The translations under genes were made by a program, and so were the position numbers. DNA of 56,496 nt, filler included, from Basidioascus undulatus (Eukaryota): the NCBI GenBank assembly GCA_000826855.1. It is 4 parts of 4 records of this genome, joined end to end, with 100 filler letters (N's around TTAATTAATTAA, not from the genome) between each part and the next. Parts side by side here need not be neighbours in the genome. Positions count along the whole stretch, not along the records: positions 1 to 16,591 come from JTLS01001182.1; 3 more parts are not named here. One strand, 5' to 3'. Below are positions 1-13,205 of this stretch, one piece after another. A model generated the notes under the pieces. The model did not search any database. It had not been told where the DNA came from and was given only the letters and a program-made list of their open reading frames with translations. Each line of letters begins with the position of its first letter. The stretch's first letter is position 1.

Positions 1-977
1 CTGGTCGCCGACTGCCACCCCCATCCGACGCAAGAGCTCGCCAACATCCAGCACTACCTCTCCCGCGCGCGGCGTGCGCTGCGCGAGATGCCCGGCTGTC
101 TGCGCGGCGAGGCGGCGGAGGGGTTGCGTCTAGCGGGGCTGGGCGCGGGTCTGGGTGCGGGCGCAGGTACGGGAGGGGCAGGGCTGGTCGAGCAGGGCCC
201 GTGGGCGACTATGCGCGCGAACATCTTGATCACGCAGGCACTGATCCGGTTCGCGCTGCACGATTATAAGGAGTGCGTCTCGCTCTCCTTCTCTCCCTCC
301 CTGCCTCTCTTTCTTTCGGGTGCGGGAGCTGATGCAGGTGCGGTGAGGAAGGTATGTCCTCAGCCTCCTCGACCCGCTCGACCAGCAACGGTACCGCGAG
401 CAGCACGCTGCTGGCGGCGGGGCGGAAGAGGAAGCGAGCGTCGCGGAGGTGCTCGAGCAGAATTGGGAGACGGACGCGCGCGATGTGCTCGGCGTGCTGC
501 ATAGCCTGCCGCTGCAGAGCATGGCGGCGAATGGATACTCGTTCGTGCGTTGACTTGTCTGTCGGCTAGGAAGGTGGGCGGAGGCTGATTAGACCGGATG
601 GGCGGGCAGACAAGCAAAATCCTCTTCATCGGTCCGTCCTCCCCTTCCCTCGCCCTCCCTTCTTCCCTTTCTTACCATCCCACCTGATTGCCACCCCGTC
701 CACAGCCCAGTCCCTCCTCGACCGCCTCACATCCGGCACAGAAGGCTACACCTACGTCTATAACCTCTTCCAGCTCCTCGGCGACGTCTCCAACGACGTC
801 TCCGAGCACGCCGCGCCCGAATCGGCCGGCCCTGTAGCGGCTTCGGCAGACGGGGACGCACAGGGGGAGGAGGGCGGGCTGGGTGCGGTGGGTGTGACAG
901 GGGGAGGAGTAGGGGCTGGGGCTGGGGTTGGGCCGGAGGCGAAGGCGAGTGGGCTGGGGGCCGACGTGAGCGGATAG
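1..977 (+). CDS. 3' part of a fungal-specific (Zn2Cys6-type) transcription factor, 5' end outside the window
   Basis: Spliced reading: ...WATMRANILITQALIRFAL...; ...ARDVLGVLHSLPLQSMAANGYSF|TSKILFI|AQSLLDRL...GADVSG* (TAG 975-977). This resembles the C-terminal region of fungal TFs; GT-AG introns present. Confidence 0.55.
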
Positions 978-1289
978 CAGAAGCTCGGCGAGTGAGAGAA
1001 GATCCGTGACTTGAGTGAGAGAAGGGGGTGCAAGCTGCTGCGTGTGGGTTGTGCTTGAACGTTGAGGTGATCGGCGTTCGTTCGGCGGCAGGTCGTGCGC
1101 TACACTCTTCCAGATTGGTAAGCACCCTTCGTCAAGTCTCTCCGTCCCTTTTTTGAAACGAAAGGCAAATGACTACAATGTTGCGGCGGCGATGAGAGGC
1201 GCATGGCTTGGGGAAGCAGTTGAGCTGGATTGGACTGTGTACGATCAGCACTCGCTTAACTACTAGGCGTCAATTCCTGATGTTTTCCT

Positions 1290-2050
1290 CACTAAGTGCC
1301 GTTTCAAGTCTTGATTGAACAGTATGTTTGGGCGCCCGAGGGCTGAAGGCGACTGGATGTTCCGAGCTGCGTGCACGCAGCGAGCATAATGTCCGTTGTT
1401 CGTCAGCTTTGGTACACCTAATATGGGGACGCCGTGGGACCATCTAACAGGGTCGTAAGGCTCATAAGAAACGTGATTGTGCTTGCGCATTTTTCTAATG
1501 CGCTGGTCGAAGGGGAAGCATACAGCTCCAGTTGAAAACGGTTGGAGTGCGAAGTGATCGTTCATGAGCCTGCACGACTCTGTCGACTACTCGGTGCTGT
1601 CCCCTCCGATGGATACCCAGCGAATCTGGGTATTTCAGGGGGCCGTTGTTTTTGAGTTGCATTTTTATCTATGTCGACAAGGCAGTACAGGCTCTGCGAG
1701 AGAAGGCACAGCTTTCCGAGCTTTGGGAGAGGCCCAGCCTGCCGACCACATCACTCTTAGCATCAATTGCTGAGCGACTGAAGTCGTTGATGTACTTCTT
1801 GCTCTAACTTTCAGCTTAAGTAAGCGGTTTCCATTGGTCCAACGTCTCAAGTCCAGGGAGCTAGAACGATCGCTCGCTTGCGTGCAAGTGGTGTTACGAA
1901 CAACTTCCTTCTGAAGCCCGACGTTTTGTCGAAATAGACGACTTTTAGAAGAATGCAACAGACCAGGAACCAACCCTCCCCGCACGAGTCTATCCTCCTG
2001 GAGATGATGGGGGGCATGGTATTTAGAGATCTTCGACCGGCCCGGGCTGG
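1290..2050 (-). mobile_element. Highly degenerate Ty3/Gypsy RT-RNaseH relic
   Basis: Eroded motifs in pol order: SRLFRQNVGLQKEVVRN (cf. RSFLG.VGYYRRFV.N), RWTNGNRLLKLKVRA (cf. WT...AF..LK.A), NDHFALQPF...QRIRKM...YEPYD (cf. TDH.AL...RQ.RW...YD). Confidence 0.35.
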
Positions 2051-2313
2051 ACGTCCAGCGTTGCAGGCATGAGACGTTGTCATTCGGACGAGCCTGATAT
2101 GCCCTGCTGGAAGCTCCTCACCCTGTCAAGCGCAGGTCTCGGAAAAGGCACAGAGCGCAGTGCATGACACAAAGAAACGAAACGCTATCAAATGCCATAC
2201 TCCAATGAAGGTCCAAGAGCAAGTACCACAACGCGAGCCTGTACTTTGGCGGCGCTTCTAACGACATATCAGGTGGCCTGAATTTCGACAAACAGATACC
2301 CGCTCCGACTGGT

Positions 2314-4079
2314 CTACTTGCTGCCAGCAGCGGCGGCAGCGATCGTCTTCAGCTCGTCCACCTCGCCCGAGTTCTCGACCATCCCGCGGAAGACGCTGCC
2401 TTCACGCGCGAGGAGGTCGGCAGGAGAGGCGTACTCAACCACTTTACCAGCGTCGAGAACACGGCTGGGTGGGATACCGAAAAAACGGGTCAGCGTCTAG
2501 AGGACCGTGGAACAAGAGAAGACATGGGACAGACGTACGGTCGTAATCTGTAAAGGGGCCGGTTTTCAGCGAGATCTAAACACTGGCTGGAGGCGTTGAA
2601 CGTATCTCACGTACCGATAATATTACACAGGTTTTCCACAGTGAAGTTCCCGCCTTCAGCTTTCGCTCACCGGGGGTGAGCAAGGCAGTTGAAACGGACC
2701 GGTGCGCGACTGTGATCAAGCAGGAATTGGCGAACTCCTCCCGGATCGTCTTCTGAATTTTCGTGTTCAGCCCGCCAACCTCGGAAGATATGAAACAAGT
2801 CCGACTTTGCCTTCGCCAGCGTCGCAAATAGGCTCACGAACGCGAACAGGTAGCATTGCGACGCGTCCCAGCGGTAGGGTCGCCGACGGCGCTGAGGATC
2901 TGTGGGCGGCCGCATGAGCTGACTCAAGATACGGACGATAAGCAGCACAGTGCGACGGACCACGACACATCGCGAAAGGAGCAAGGTAGTTGCAGAACAC
3001 GGAGAAGAGAGTGATCTGTGCATGACGAACAGCGCGTGAGTGTCATGATCTGACAGGGTCCGACCTGCGAAGCGTGGACTGACAAGGAAGTCGACGAAGA
3101 AGTCTTTGGCATTTGCTACAATCAAACGACCGAGGGAAAATTTTTGACTGCGCAGTCAAGATGTCATTGTGAAATGCATGCATATTATACTGGCAGATGA
3201 ACCACTCACGGCATTGTTCGAAAACTTCTCCCGAAGGATCCTGCTCTGCTGCGTCTGGCTGAGCTCCCATACGTCCTTGTCGTCGAGCGTCGCTTCCAGT
3301 CCTCGGGCAACCAGCGGATTGATACAGCTGTAGGAGAGGCGGCCCCACAACGTGGTTTAGTCCTCGAGGGATGGCGAGAGCCCGTTCGCGTAAGGCCGCG
3401 GCGAGCCGAGCGCAGAGGGAAGCGGAAGGCTCAGCGTTGCGAGTAGCGTGACGCAGACAAAGAGATGAACGAGGGCGGGGAGAGGTGGAATGGAAGGCGT
3501 GAAGAGGAGGAGCGAAGAGATTGCCGACAGGAGGAAGAACGCAAGAAGGCCGTAGGACGGCGCCGGCCGCTGGCGGATGACGGAGACGAAGGCCGGGTAG
3601 AGCTGCGAATGCAACGAAAATCATCAGCTACAGAAACCAGACGCATCCTAGTGACCTGCTCACCCAGGTCGCGGCTACAGCCAGCATCGCAACCGCTTTC
3701 GCCTTCTCTCCACCCGCAGCTCTCACTAGCCGATATCCCCCCGATGCTGCCCAACAGCTACCTCGCAAGCACTTAAAATCTGTCAGAACCAGGCGCCTCC
3801 ATCCGCCGCGCTTCTTGCCGTCGTCGTCATCGCCTTCTTCCCTTGGAGGGAGGTAGGCGGGATCGACGTCCTTGATAACGATGAACTCGAGCAGGAGCGC
3901 GGGCGGGCTCGGAAGGAAGGGGAGTTGCAGGATGAGGAGGAGGGCGGTGAAGGCAATGAGCGGTACCGCGGTAGTAAACAAGGACGTGGCAGGTATTGGT
4001 AGGTGACTGCAAAGCCACAGGGAGGTCGGAACCTGGTCAGAGATTGTCGCATGGAAAGTGTGTAACAGGACGTACCCAT
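2314..4079 (-). pseudogene. ABCC/MRP (YBT1-like) transporter pseudogene with a large internal deletion
   Basis: N-terminal TM region; linker WGRLSYSCINPLVARGLEATLDDKDVWELS; start of TMD1 (FCNYLAPF, YLFAFVSLFATLAKAKSDLFH). This is joined out of frame near 2770 to the NBD2 tail KIQKTIREEFANSCLITVAHR...DYD...VLDAGKVVEYASPADLL...SK* (TAG 2314-2316). Confidence 0.85.
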
Positions 4080-4149
4080 TCGTCGCTGTTCGGGCAGACG
4101 TCCAGTTTGGGGATCATGACTTCAAGAGCCCAGTATCTCTAGAACAGTC

Positions 4150-5290
4150 AAGGGCTGTTGTAGTTGGTCCTTCTACCTTCTAAAGAGAAACAAGATAGGG
4201 AGTGAATGATGTGAACGTAAGAGCGTGTGCAAGATTGGGACTGATGAACAAGATGAACGAGTCGAAGTTTGCCTTGGTTTGCAATGACCTTCAGGCATTG
4301 CACCGCCGGCACTGTCTTATCGGTTGTTTCGCAGGGGTGGGCACGAACTGCGGCGGAGAAGACGGCGATACCCGCCAGATTCGCGTGGTTCGTGTGGTGC
4401 GCACGCGATACCATTAGCCTGCAATGGTATTTTTAAGACGTCGTTCTTGTCGGTTCAGTGGTTTATCAACTCAAGACACCTATACGACCGAGCATGCACC
4501 ATAATAGATGTGTTACAGGTAGACGGAGACGGGAGTGAGGGAAACATCTAGGATTGGCAAGGCCGTGCATGCGGTGCAATTGCTCTGACTATTCGCATGG
4601 ATGACGCTTGCACGGTACACATGAACAGGCTTGGGGTAGAAGGACTCGAGTATAGCCCTCCTTTCTGGACTATCCGAATAGGAAACATCACAACGTTAGT
4701 CGAGCGTCCCTGTCCACTTGAAGAGTTGCAAGAAGGAAGGTTGCGAGGCTGCCGGGCTGCCAATCTCCAGCTGGTGAAAGCACTGTCCTCTTATGATTGC
4801 TGTAAGCCTGGTTGTACGAGAAGTTCCTCCAAGCTGATTTTATTGCCCCGAAAATTCTCTGGAACCGAAATCTCCTTCCAGATTTATGGAGCTCAGGTAT
4901 CCGTGCTAGATGTGGAAGGTATCAGCTGCTGGTGGATGTCCCGTTCGGTCCCTCTTTGGGACGACTGGCGACATGGGAACGGTAAAGCTATAAAAAAAAT
5001 TCCTACAAAATCATAAAGTTACACTGGCCCGTCCAAGCAATCTGTCTGAAGAGGAGGGCACGCGCGATGCCACCGTGACGACGATTGGTTGCAAGAGTTT
5101 GATGTGGCCAGGCTGCCACAGTGCCACCTTAATATCTTCTCCCCAAGCCATATAGACAACGTCATTTGGTTGATAGCTATAGGAGATCAGACTCCAGTGA
5201 GCTTGCAATCGAGTTCTGTCCGCCATGAGTGGAGCGGTGGCTCATCAGATCAGCCTGTATGGGCCTGGACCAACTTGCATGGATGATACC
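4150..5290 (-). mobile_element. Possible degenerate Ty3/Gypsy pol fragments
   Basis: YQPNDVVY...IK...KLLQP resembles the integrase C-terminal module (Y..GD.VYL...KL.P). An FKWT fragment lies further downstream. Many stops; lower GC than the genes. Confidence 0.3.
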
Positions 5291-5668
5291 CGAGTTCTGC
5301 AAGACTGGTCAATTTAGTTCAAAGCCCATAAAAGGTTTTGGTTTTCATAATATAATTCGAAAGTCTGTGAAACAGCGTGCCTCTGTAGCTGCTTCTGCAT
5401 GATAGCCAGGTAAAACACCTATGCACCAATGGCCTTATGGCTTCCACACCAGTAAACGAGGGGTTTCTTTCTCGAAAGTAGCACGCCGTGCAGACGCACC
5501 AAAAAAGTCATTCGGAGATCGAAGCCTCCCGGTTGTGCACCGCGCATCGTCCGCGGACTTTGCAACGCCTTACGCGCGGACACCCATCGTGGTGCCTTCT
5601 CTCCTCGTCGCTTCCCTTCGACGCCGCTCCCGACTTTCCCCCTCACTCTCCCCCTTATTTTCCTAACG

Positions 5669-7900
5669 ATGGCGACAATGGGTCCTGGAGGCCAGCCGGT
5701 CTTTGTCATGAGTAAGTCCTGCCGACGTGCTGCCCGGAGCTAGGAATATGAGAGAGCTGACGGCTGGGCAGACACTGGACCTGAGAGGCAGTCGGGGCGG
5801 AAGGCGCAGATTAGCAATATCACGGCTGCCAAGGTGCGCATAACTTGGGAGGTGGCATTGGTGGGTCTGTGTGTACTCACAAATGCTGTACCGGGCGGTA
5901 GACTGTCGCAGACGTCATCCGGACATGCCTTGGGCCGAAGGCGATGCTCAAGATGATCCTGGATCCGATGGGCGGTATTCTGTGCGTTCTTCCCCTGAAA
6001 CAAACACTGGAGTCGGAGGGCTTGTTCTCACCAATGTTCACAGCCTCACCAATGACGGCAACGCCATTCTTCGCGAGATTGAGGTCGCGCATCCGGCCGC
6101 GAAGAGCATGATCGAGCTGAGTCGGACGCAGGACGAGGAGGTCGGCGACGGAACGACGAGTGTCATCATCCTTGGTGCGTCCTGACTCTTTCAGGCTTAC
6201 ACAGAAGGAATTGCAGGGCTTACTCGGGTGCTGCTGGTAGCCGGCGAGATTCTTGCGCAGTCGCTCAACCTGCTCCAACGCAACATCCACCCCGTCGTCA
6301 TCATCTCCTCTTTCAAGGACGCGCTGCAAGAGGCGCTCGCCATCATCTCGCGCATCTCCCGGCCCGTGGACGTCTCGTCCGACGTCGAGATGCTCGCGCT
6401 CATCAAGACGTCCATCGGGACCAAGTTCGTCCAGCGGTGGTCCGACCTCATGTGCCGGCTCGCGCTCACCGCCGTGCGCACCGTCGCGACCTCGNCGCAA
6501 GCCGCCTCGGGCGGCGAAGACGTCAAGACGGTCGACATCAAGCGGTACGCGCGCGTCGAGAAGGTCCCCGGCGGCGAGATCGAGGAGTCCACCGTCCTTC
6601 GCGGCGTCATGCTCAACAAGGACGTCACACACCCCAAGATGCGCCGCCGCATCCGCAACCCGCGCATCATCCTCCTTGACTGCCCGCTGGAGTACAAGAA
6701 GGGAGAGAGCCAGACCAACATCGAGATCACCAAGGAGGAGGACTGGAACCGCGTGCTGCAGATCGAGGAGGAGCAGATCAAGGCGATGTGCGACAAGCTC
6801 CTCGAGTTCAAGCCCGACCTCGTCATGACCGAGAAGGGTGTCTCTGGTGCGTCCCTTCCTACCCTGTTGCGTCGTCTTCGGTGGGCGGGCGTCAAAGGAG
6901 CGGGCGTGTTCTAAGATTGCGACGGGCACGCGCAGACCTCGCCCAACACTACCTCCTGAAAGCCAACGTCACCGCCCTCCGCCGCGTCCGCAAGTCGGAC
7001 AACAACCGTGTCGCCCGGGCAACGGGCGCGACGATCGTCAACCGGATCGAGGACCTGCGGGAGTCGGACGTCGGGACGGAGTGTGGCTTGTTCAAGGTTG
7101 AGAAGCTGGGCGACGAGTGCGTTTTCCTCTCCTCCCATCTCTCCTTTGGGTGCGATATCGGAGACTGACGCTGTTCTCCGCTTGTCAGGTACTTCTCCTT
7201 CCTCGTCGAGTGTCAGTCCCCGAAAGCGTGCACGATCCTCCTCCGCGGGCCGTCCAAGGACATTCTGAATGAGATCGACCGCAACCTGGCGGACGCGATG
7301 TCTGTCGCGCGCAATGTCGTCTTCAACCCCTCGCTCGCGCCCGGCGGCGGCGCGACCGAGATGGCCATCTCCGTCGGCCTCGCCGAGAAGGCGCGCAGCG
7401 TCGAGGGCGTCGCCGGCCTGCCGTACCGCGCCGTCGCGGACGCGATGGAGGTCATCCCCCGCACTCTCATCCAAAACTGCGGTGGAAACGCGATCCGGAC
7501 GCTCACTGAGCTGCGGGTGCGTCCCGAGCGCATGGTGGACTTTGGACGGATCGCTGATGTTTTATTCGGATGCAGGCTAAGCACGCGAGCGGCGAGAACT
7601 CGTTCGGCGTCGACGGCGACACGGGCAAGGTGGTGGACATGAAGACGTACGGCCTGTACGAGTCTGCGTCTGTCAAGATTCAGACGATCAAGACGGCGAT
7701 CGAGGTCCGTAACTTGCTCCTCTCCTACCCTCCTTTTTCACGGGGCCAAGACTGATCAGCCGTGGCATTCTGAACAGTCCGCAAGCCTCCTCCTCCGCGT
7801 CGACGACGTTGTCTCTGCCAAGCGGTTGCAGCAGGGCGGCGGCGGCGGCGGGCCGCAGGTGCAGACGATGGGCGAGGCGGAGGCGGGCATGGAGCCGTGA
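5669..7900 (+). CDS. CCT3: T-complex protein 1 subunit gamma (CCT/TRiC chaperonin), multi-exon
   Basis: [115 protein letters not shown] at 5669, TGA ends 7900. Confidence 0.98.
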
Positions 7901-8326
7901 GATTGTGGGCTGAGGGGAAAGCAGGGGTTGAAGCGGGAGGTCGTGCCTGCTTGGGGGCATGCAGACTAGAAAATTCAGCAATAATGACTTTACATTGTGG
8001 CTGCCTGTTTGGAAGAGAGGAAGTCGCGAACAAATGAGAAGATCGTAACTCGCTGTCGCGCTTGGAACGTGAACCGTTGGTTTGCTACAGTGGCCTCCCA
8101 GGGGCTCTATTACTTCAACAGTCTTGGTGGAGTAGTGGACTATTCAGTTCACTCCGGGAGCTTTGGGAGCAGTTGGTAAAGGCGACATAAGCGGCGGCAA
8201 TTTCGGCGAAGGCGAGGGAGTCCATTTGCGACTTTTGCTCTCTCTCCGCCACGTTCTCGCCTCGCTCACTCAGTCGAATACTGACCGTCTCGAGGTGCCC
8301 CCTTGCTGACCAGTCTTCGATATACA

Positions 8327-9689
8327 ATGTTCGAGGACCTGCACCTTCAATCGCCGCCCACTTGGGCGCCATCGCCTTCGCGCAAGCCTCTACCGGCTCT
8401 GCTTCCCGCGGTCCAGCCGATCCTCCTCTTTCTCGCGCTCGCCCTGCCTCTCTCGCGTCCACTTCGAATTTTCGTCTTCCTCCCACTCAATCTCCTCGCC
8501 GGACTCGCACAAATCTTTCTCTTCACTTCCAACAACCCCGCGGCAGACTACGGCCTCGCCAACGCGGCGGTGTCCTACCTCTTCTGGGCGTCCGACTACC
8601 TCGCCCTCAGCCGCCCAGAGCAAGACCTGCTCCGGGTTGGAGAAGACGCCGCCCCTGCACGCGGATGGGCAAAGGCGAATTGGGCCGCGCAGCTCATCAA
8701 CTCGCCCCGCGGCATCGGCTGGCGCTTCGGCCCGGCTTACTTCGCCCAAGCGCCCGCGTCGAGAAGACGGTTCCTCCTCACCCGCGCGGCGCGCTATGCG
8801 CTGCTCTACCTCGTACAGGACGCGCTCACGACATACATGCGCCAAGTGCCGTTCTTCCTCGGCGTCCGTCCGATGACGGCCCAGCCGCTGCTGATGCGCG
8901 GAGTGCACCTCCTCATGTGCGGGACGATCGCTGCGGCGGCGCTGAACGCACAGTACACGCTCGTTAGCCTTTTCGCTGTGCGCGACTACTTTTCCCAACG
9001 CAACTCCTATCTGCATGATGTGCTGACGCTGGTATGCGTTATGCGCAATAGGTCGGAACGGGCCTCAGCCGCCCTCAAGACTGGCCGGACCTCTTCGGTA
9101 GCCTCTGGGCGGACACGTCCAGCCTAGCGGCCTTCTGGGGAAAGTTCTGGCATAGCATCTACCGTCGGGTACATCCAGACCGGACACTGTTCACCTTTCC
9201 TCTATTCTAACGACCGTGTCCGTTTCTTTTCCTCGCCAGACCTTCACCTCCCACACCCGCGCCCTCCTCCGCCTCCTTCCGCACACATCTCCCCTTCGCC
9301 AACCGCTCGCCGTCATCACCCCCTTCTTCCTCTCCTCGATCCTTCACGCCGCCGGCTCCCGGGCGCTCAACCTCTCCGGCAGCGGCGCCTTCAAGTTCTT
9401 CCTCTCCCAGCCCGTCGGGATCCTCCTCGAGCGCTGGGCGTCCCCGCTATTGCCCGCGAATGCGCTGGGAGGGTGGATCCATAGGGCATGGGTCGCACTT
9501 TTCCTCGCCGCTACCGCGCCGTTCTTGTTTGATGAATTCATAGGAGGTGGGCTGTGGACCGTGCCGGTGAGCTGCTTTCTCCAGCAAATGTGTATGCGCT
9601 TTGGTGCTGACAGTATTTTTTTGTTTGTAAAGCCGGTTCCAGTGAGCGTGGTTCAAGGCGTGTGGAAGGGGAAGTGGTTGCTGTCGTGA
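8327..9689 (+). CDS. Membrane-bound O-acyltransferase (MBOAT_2 / wax-synthase-like)
   Basis: Hydrophobic multi-TM protein with SPRGIGWRF, WPDLFGSL..TSSLAAFWGKFWH and FFLSSILHA (catalytic His), then FKFFLSQPVGILLE; three introns. Confidence 0.88.
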
Positions 9690-10067
9690 ACGCGCCTGTT
9701 GCATAGTTTCGTCTGGATTGAATGCGGATATACCATGACTGCATTGGATGAGGCCTGGCGAGTGCCTCGGTGAGCGCTGGATGCGAAAGAGGTATGAGAT
9801 GCACAGCATGCAATGAGGCGAGGTTCGATGCAGAGCGCAGGTCGACTTGAAGTGTTCGCTGCTCGAAATACAGATCGATACACGAGGGATGATATTGGTG
9901 CGAGCCGGTCAAGAGGCGAGCATGCGGGGCGGAACTGGGCAACGCATCTCAATTCCGCTGTCTCAGCCAGGAGATCTGGACACCGGGACCTGAACGAAAA
10001 CTTGGATCTGAACGAAACGAGAATGAAAATCATGATGTGAAATGGGAGAGGAAAAGAAGCAAAAGAA

Positions 10068-10150
10068 TGGACATATCCGGAATTGAACCGGAGACCTCCT
10101 CCATTCAGCTAATGCTAAGAAGGCGTGATAAGCCACTACACCATATGCCC
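10068..10150 (-). tRNA. tRNA-Ala(AGC) with a short (about 9 nt) intron
   Basis: Acceptor stem GGGCATA/TATGTCC with the G3:U70 Ala identity pair; anticodon stem CCTTC/GGAGG around TT-AGC-A; intron about 10104-10112; T arm TCCGG-TTCAATT-CCGGA. Confidence 0.95.
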
Positions 10151-10399
10151 AACGATCATATATCTGCATTGTTTTTTTAGAATATATTTATCTTCATTAC
10201 TGCACCTCGACCTTCTGAGACGAACCGAACGAGCTAATCCAGTTGTGACTATCTTGCTTTGGCTTGGCTGAAACCCCTTTAAAGGTGGCAATCCCTGGGG
10301 AAGCTGGAAAGCTGATGGCGTGACGCTGCCTAGGGGACTTTGTTGCAAACAAGTCTCGTTCCGGCCTGCTTTCATTAGGAGGCCTTTGACGACGGAGGA

Positions 10400-12230
10400 A
10401 AGTGGGTGCTTTATGACTGAGGTAAAAGGCAAATAATAGCCGGCATTGCAGCACACACGCACTTATCCATAACCGGCGAACTATTGTTTGAGCCGGAAGG
10501 GCACAATGACCTCCGCTTCAAGTCGAGCACACCCCCGCTTTCGTCACTCAGTTTGAAATGAAAAGGAGACACACTTTGCCCAGCCTCGCCTGAGATACAA
10601 AACCAGCGCCCATGCTGCGATCTCCCTTTCGCTACTTCCCACTTCCTCCTCCCCAACTTTGAGTAACAACCTTACTGTGTCCGCTTCAGCAAACCACGGC
10701 ATTAGCATAGGCGCTCCACTTTACGATCCTATGGTTATCCTCCATCTGTTGATGCTGATGGTGGGTTTGTTAACAGGCGCTGGAGGAAAGCCCATGGTAG
10801 GCTGGACGCTCAAAAGTATGCAAATCCTCTTACTCACCCCGAAGATGCATGCTGTCCCTTAAGTACTTTCACCCATTCCGGCTCTCTGCAGGTACGATCC
10901 GTTCAACATCCACTCGCAGCCCGACACCGAAAGTGAGGCTTCATCACTCCCACGGCAACCCCTCAGCCCTCAATATTTCTGACGCCCGTTCGGTCCAACA
11001 GTGCACAAGCGTCGAACACACCACAGCATACTACCTTAAAAAGTACGTGAGACCATTCTCTGATGAGTGAAGGAAAGCCATTCTAACGCATCGCTGTTCT
11101 GCCTTTCCAGGACCGCACAGGAACTGCGAACATTTCTTCAGTGTCCTGCCTGCCATCCACAACACAGCGAGACTCAAAGCCTTGGGGGACTTGAACACGA
11201 ACGCCATTGAATTCGAGGTGTTCCTCGACCACCCAGCGTAACGTCGCAGGCACTCCGTCCTCGGGCTGCAAGGTGCATTGAGATCCTCTTGATCCTAGAG
11301 GGAGTTTCTCTTGCAGTTGCGATTTTTCGCCCCTGTGGAATACACATTGCCCACAGCCGCGGTCGCACACAACACCCCAGTACGCATTCCCCTATACCCT
11401 CTTCCCCCTCCTCTGGTTGTAGTGCTGACAATCCCATCGACGCCTTTCAGGTGCCTTTCCAGTCTCAAGGCTCATCCGCCCAAAGGATAGGTTCCTTTCA
11501 TGCTTGAACATTCCCTTTAAAATCAAAGGACACTCAAATCCAGCCTGCACGAACTTCACGGCGTCAAGGCTAAATTTATCACCCGTCCGACTGGGGGAGG
11601 CAAGAGGCTGGAAAGCTCTTGTTTCTTCCTCGTTGCGCTCCCTCCTCTTCCAATGGGGCGAGCATTACGAGGAAGGGCAAGTGATGCGGTTAGACTTGCT
11701 CGGAGGTACGGCTTTGGACGGTTGCCCGTTCAGGTGTAGTTCGCGACGTCTGGCGGTATGGGAGAAGGCAGGGCAGGCGGATTCGAATCGCTACCAAGCG
11801 ATGACTTGAGATCACCAGCCTCTTCTCAGTCTCCCACTGAAGCAATCCAGAAGAGACTCCCCAACATTACGAGAGTGAACTGTGCTTCTAACGGCTAGAG
11901 AAGCACCCCAAGTAGCATGGTGACCAGACACGGATAAACCAGCTTCTTTGGAGTTTTCACTCTGGGTTTCTGGCTATCCACGTTTTGATCAACAGGAATG
12001 CGGAAAAATATGCAAAAGGTAATGGCCCTGAACACGATCCGCGGAGTGTGCTGGTGGTACGGGACTGCTTCCCATGATGATCCCAGTTCCACTAGACATC
12101 CATAATATTGTCTTCTAATGGAGCATAGGCCATGCATGCTGATGTTAACTCGAGTGATGGGCTCCCGGGGGCAGTTTCAACTGCCGTCACCAGTGTGGAC
12201 GTAAGTGATACCTAGAGGGGATGATGCCCT
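10400..12230 (+). mobile_element. Degenerate Ty3/Gypsy integrase (possibly with chromodomain) relic
   Basis: Colinear eroded motifs: YDPMVIL (cf. YDAILVV), LTPKMHAVP (cf. LTKMAHFIP), HGNPSALNISD (cf. HG.P..IVSD), CHPQHSETQS (cf. YHPQTDGQS), HPSTHSP, WYGTASHDD. A purine tract AGAGGGGA lies near 12214. Confidence 0.5.
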
Positions 12231-13205
12231 AGGTATTATGGGATTCCAGTGACCTAAAGTCCTGTCCAATCAATCGGATACTCCCTCCCCAAGGCGGCTG
12301 TTCGCATCGAGGACAAGCGCGGGACGCTGAGCACCTACGCGAACGGTGCAACGACGAGCAGTGCAGTCATGGAGGTGAGCGAGCTTCCTTGGTCGCCTCT
12401 TACAGAATTTTCGTAAGAGCCTGAATCTTACCTGCTGGAGTACTACTAACTCCCGGTGCTCATTTAGAATCAGCGTCACTTCTGCGGTGAATGCGGGAGG
12501 TCCGTCTCCCCACACACCCTCCCGGCTCCTCAGTTCTTCCTTGTTTTGCACACATTCCCACCTCAATCAACCCAGCTCATAATTGGATTTGCTGTTATTC
12601 TACACCAGTGCTATCGGCATTCAGCTACACAGCCCGCAAGTCTACATCGAAGCGTCGCTGTTCGACAACGTCTCGCCGGCCGGGTACGAACTGTTTGTTT
12701 CGAGGAGGCCGTTGTGGATAAGTGCACAGGAGGGCGCGGAGCAGTTCAAGGGTGACAATTAGGGTGGTACGGGTTGAAGCGTTGGGGTGAGGGATGGTGG
12801 GATGCGGTAGGGGGGCTGGTGTGTAATAGACGAGCGTTGAGCGTTAGCCGTACAACCGGTCCGCCTGCTTTCGGAGCGCATCCTGATGCGCACCCTGGTG
12901 CTACCCGTGATGACGTTCACACAGGCGCCACGAAAAAGTGCGTTGAGTCTATGATATGAAATTAAGAATGCAGAGCTCCATCGTCGCCGAGTGCGTGCTC
13001 CTTTCCCAGCTGCTCCGCTCTCCTCGCTTCCTCCCCAGTACTGCTGCGTAACCTTCCATGTTCTCATCCAAGAATCCAGCCCAACGTACGACTGATACCC
13101 TTCCCTCTCCCACCATGCCTTCCCGTCTCAACCGATGCCGCTCCATCCCACCCCTGTCCGCACCGCCCGCCTCTACCGCCTGCTACAACCCACCACACCC
13201 CTGAA

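Noticed and set aside
6495..6495. Single N in CCT3
   Set aside because: Ambiguous base call; the frame is preserved.
5877..7584. Long antisense ORFs (350, 232 and 187 aa) over CCT3, and similar ones over the F-box/WD40 and APN1 genes
   Set aside because: Shadow ORFs caused by strong GC3 codon bias.
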